Assembly: GCF_902713615.1 (NCBI RefSeq)
Contig: NC_052162.1
Span: 133,448,653-133,512,652, forward strand
Source: Scyliorhinus canicula
Lineage: Eukaryota
DNA: 64,000 nt
Reading direction: 5' to 3'
Made by a program: the position numbers and the translations under genes. The notes under the pieces were generated by a model. The model had not been told where the DNA came from, did not search any database, and saw only the letters and a list, made by a program, of their open reading frames with translations. Below are positions 61,301-64,000 of the stretch, piece by piece; positions within the stretch are counted from its first letter, which is position 1, and each line of letters begins with the position of its first letter.

Positions 61301-61499
61301 CCTTACTTTTTAGGACACTACGGGCAATTTAGCATGGCCAATCCACCTAACCCGCACATCTTTGGATTGTGGGAGGAAACCGGAGCACCCGGAGGAAACC
61401 CACGCACATACTGGGAGGACGTGCAGACTCCGCACAGACAGTGGCCCAGCCGGGAATCGAACCTGGGACACTGGAGCTGTGAAGCATTTATGCTAACCA
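61301..61499 (-). mobile_element. Young V-SINE fragment, near-identical inverse of 59663-59861
   Basis: About 199 bp with 2 differences seen by eye. Confidence 0.9.
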
Positions 61500-61539
61500 T
61501 CAGGAATTCTCTGATGAGGGTGTATTCTGGTTATGTCTC

Positions 61540-63050
61540 CGTTTTCATGACTGAAAGGTTGTAGAGGTTGCAGCCTGACCGAGTGTGCAAGTGGATTCAT
61601 CCATACCTTCAGGGAAGGCGAAGATCAGCAGCATGGAGAGGAAGATGCTGAATAGTGTTGGGTGGCGGACAGGATCCTCTTTCATTCAATTATTCACTTA
61701 GAATCATTCGGAAGTGGAATCATCAATCAGTACAGTGCAGTGCATTTTGCCGTGGAAGGAGTGAATGCGACAGGGGAGCTTAAGCAGACAGCCAATTTTC
61801 CCCAAATCATATAGTCCCCACTCCGCTGACAGTGTCGAATTTTTATTGAGATTGACGAACGTAAGGTGACGAGGAAGGCATGTGGTATAGGGACCAGATT
61901 ATGTCCAGAGTAAATATTGCGACGCAAACACAGCCCCTTTCTTCCAGCAACATTCGGCCTGCAAGCAGGTGAAGTGTTTAAACTGTGACCATTGGAAAGG
62001 CCTTCCCAGTGCTGCTATGAGTGAGATATGCCAATCGTTGCTGCAGTCTCCTCTGTCCACTTTGTTTTCAGATATTGGTTATGATTTTGCATCATGAATC
62101 TCCTGTGGGATGAGTTATATCTTCCAGCAGAGAAGGAGCAGGCCATAAATGTTCAGAAGCATAGCAATAAAAATTCACCAATTTTCATTCATTTATGAAT
62201 ATAATTAATTAGATTCACAAATTGCCATCGTTCCACAAAGTACAGTTTTAAATTAAGTTGTACGGTGTGGCCGCCGAGGGTTAGGCCATGACTTATTGTC
62301 CATCACTAATTGCCTTTCACAAAGAGGCGGTGAACTGCCTGTTTGAACCTCTGCAGTCACTCTGGTGTAGGTACACCGACGATGCTGTTAGGGAGGAAGC
62401 TGTAGGTTTTTGAACCAGCGCATATTCGGTGATATATTTCAAAGTTAGGTTAGTGAGTGATTTGGAGGTAGATCTCTTAACCTTACTTCCATCAATCTCA
62501 ATAAACATTCGACATCGTCAGCAGAGCAGGGACTTTAAGATTTGGAGGGGAATTTCCAAGTGGTCATCTTCCCATGTGTCTGCTGCCTTTTCCTTCTAGA
62601 AGGTAATGGTCCTGGGTTTAGAAAGTGTTTCAAGGGCGACTTGCTGCGTTCCTGCAGCTCATCATGTGGATGGTACATTATTGTCATTGTGCTTCCGTGG
62701 TGGATGGAATGAGTGTTTGCGCATAGGGTGGAAATCAAGCGGGGCTGTTTTGGCCTGTATGGTGTCAGAGTATTCAACAGTCCTTACTTGTGCCTTGCAG
62801 ATGGTGAACAGGCGTTGGGAGTCAGGAGGTGAGTTGCTCGCCGCAGGCTTCCAAGACGCTGACCGTATCTTGTAGCCTCAGCATTTATATGGCCAGTCCA
62901 GGACAGTTTCTGGTCAATGGTAACCCCATGGTATTGATAATTGGGGATTCCACGATGGCAATATCAGTCAATATCAAATGGCGATGGTGAGATTCTATTT
63001 TGCTTGAGATGGTCATTGTTTCGCATTTCCGTGGCGAATATTACCAATTG
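61540..63050 (-). mobile_element. Old LINE (L2/CR1-like) remnants
   Basis: Shares blocks with 58230-59000 (CAATTAGTGATGGACAATAA-like end; ACTCACC.CCTGACTCC-like segment). Confidence 0.55.
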
Positions 63051-64000
63051 TCACAATTCACAAAGTGAAATAATGATATTAATCAATTATCATCAACTCA
63101 CAACATAAAAAGTTATGTTCACCAATTATGATACGCACTTTCTTTCACAAAATGTAAATGCAATTCATTTAAGGGAGGTGGATTTGAGACCAGGAAGAGA
63201 TCAGCCATGATGATTGAATGGCGGAGCAGGCTCGAAGGGCTGAATTTCCGACTTCTGGTCCTCATTTCTATTTTCGTATGTTTAACATAATGTATTGAGA
63301 TTAAACGTAATTGAGATAGCATTGACCATTCTGTCACCAGGAAGTCACATCTTCATCGGAATTCAATGTGAAATGGAATTAAACCACACCGAGATTAATG
63401 TGCAGCTTCCCAGCAGCCTCTGCGCTCTATTGGTCAGTAATCACCTCATCGTCAAACAGAATCTCTACACTGGAGTGTGAGATGATTTTTAAAGTGATGG
63501 TAGAAACGAAAATACCTCTACCTAATGTGACGTTAATGAATCTCTAAATATGGATTTGTTATGGAAAAGTAATTCAAAGTCTGCAGCTGTCCACCGAGTT
63601 TCACAGGATTTCTGTTCCAAGTCTGGTGTCTTATTGATTTGGGCGAGGACATCTTGAGTGACCTATTGTACATGAAATGACCACATGTTGCAAAAATTAC
63701 AGCCGTCCCTCCTCAATGTAATCATGTTCCCGCTTTCTGTTTAGGGTGAAGATTCGCTGTCAGCGGAGAAGAATCACCAGAACCGCAGGAATATCTCCAG
63801 TTTCCTCTTAGTGACGTCCATCTCATCAGTTCCTGATAGTCTGGGGATGGAATTCACCCAGGAAAGCTTCAGCCACCGAATGTATTAGACTGACACAAAT
63901 TATAATGGACCTGCTTTAATTTATCAAGATCAAAATTGAGAATGTGGAACAACATCTTTCAGACTATCTATCCATCCATCCATCAACCCAGTCACTGATT

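Noticed and set aside
28500-64000. D, J or constant-region segments of the TCR locus
   Set aside because: I found no 12-RSS-flanked D, no FGxG J motif with an RSS, and no intact C exon in this window.

Overview
Eukaryotic genomic DNA from a cartilaginous fish (shark, probably catshark-like; inferred from V-SINE/HE1-like SINEs, CR1, L1 and Penelope repeats). Positions 1-24.4 kb are a T-cell receptor alpha/delta-like V-segment cluster. It has three apparently intact leader+V+23-type RSS genes (V1 6035-6864, V2 9375-9889, V3 15630-16078) and one open V lacking Cys23/Trp41 (23871-24394), all on the minus strand. Around them are about 18 decayed V relics that I read by hand; most are on the plus strand and are invisible in the ORF track, and many sit in a 3-3.5 kb tandem unit. 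A near-intact full-length L1-clade LINE with a 15-bp TSD lies at 17289-23408, and a 5'-truncated sister copy at 42472-46833. The rest is repeat-rich: Penelope fragments with minimal hammerhead-ribozyme motifs (including a head-to-head palindrome), a 78-bp minisatellite, an N gap, a decayed CR1, and an old tandem duplication (about 39.9-56.4 kb) carrying a split signal-peptide exon pair of an unidentified gene. All alignments and translations were done by eye. Coordinates of degenerate relics and old repeats are approximate, and V family assignments need database comparison.
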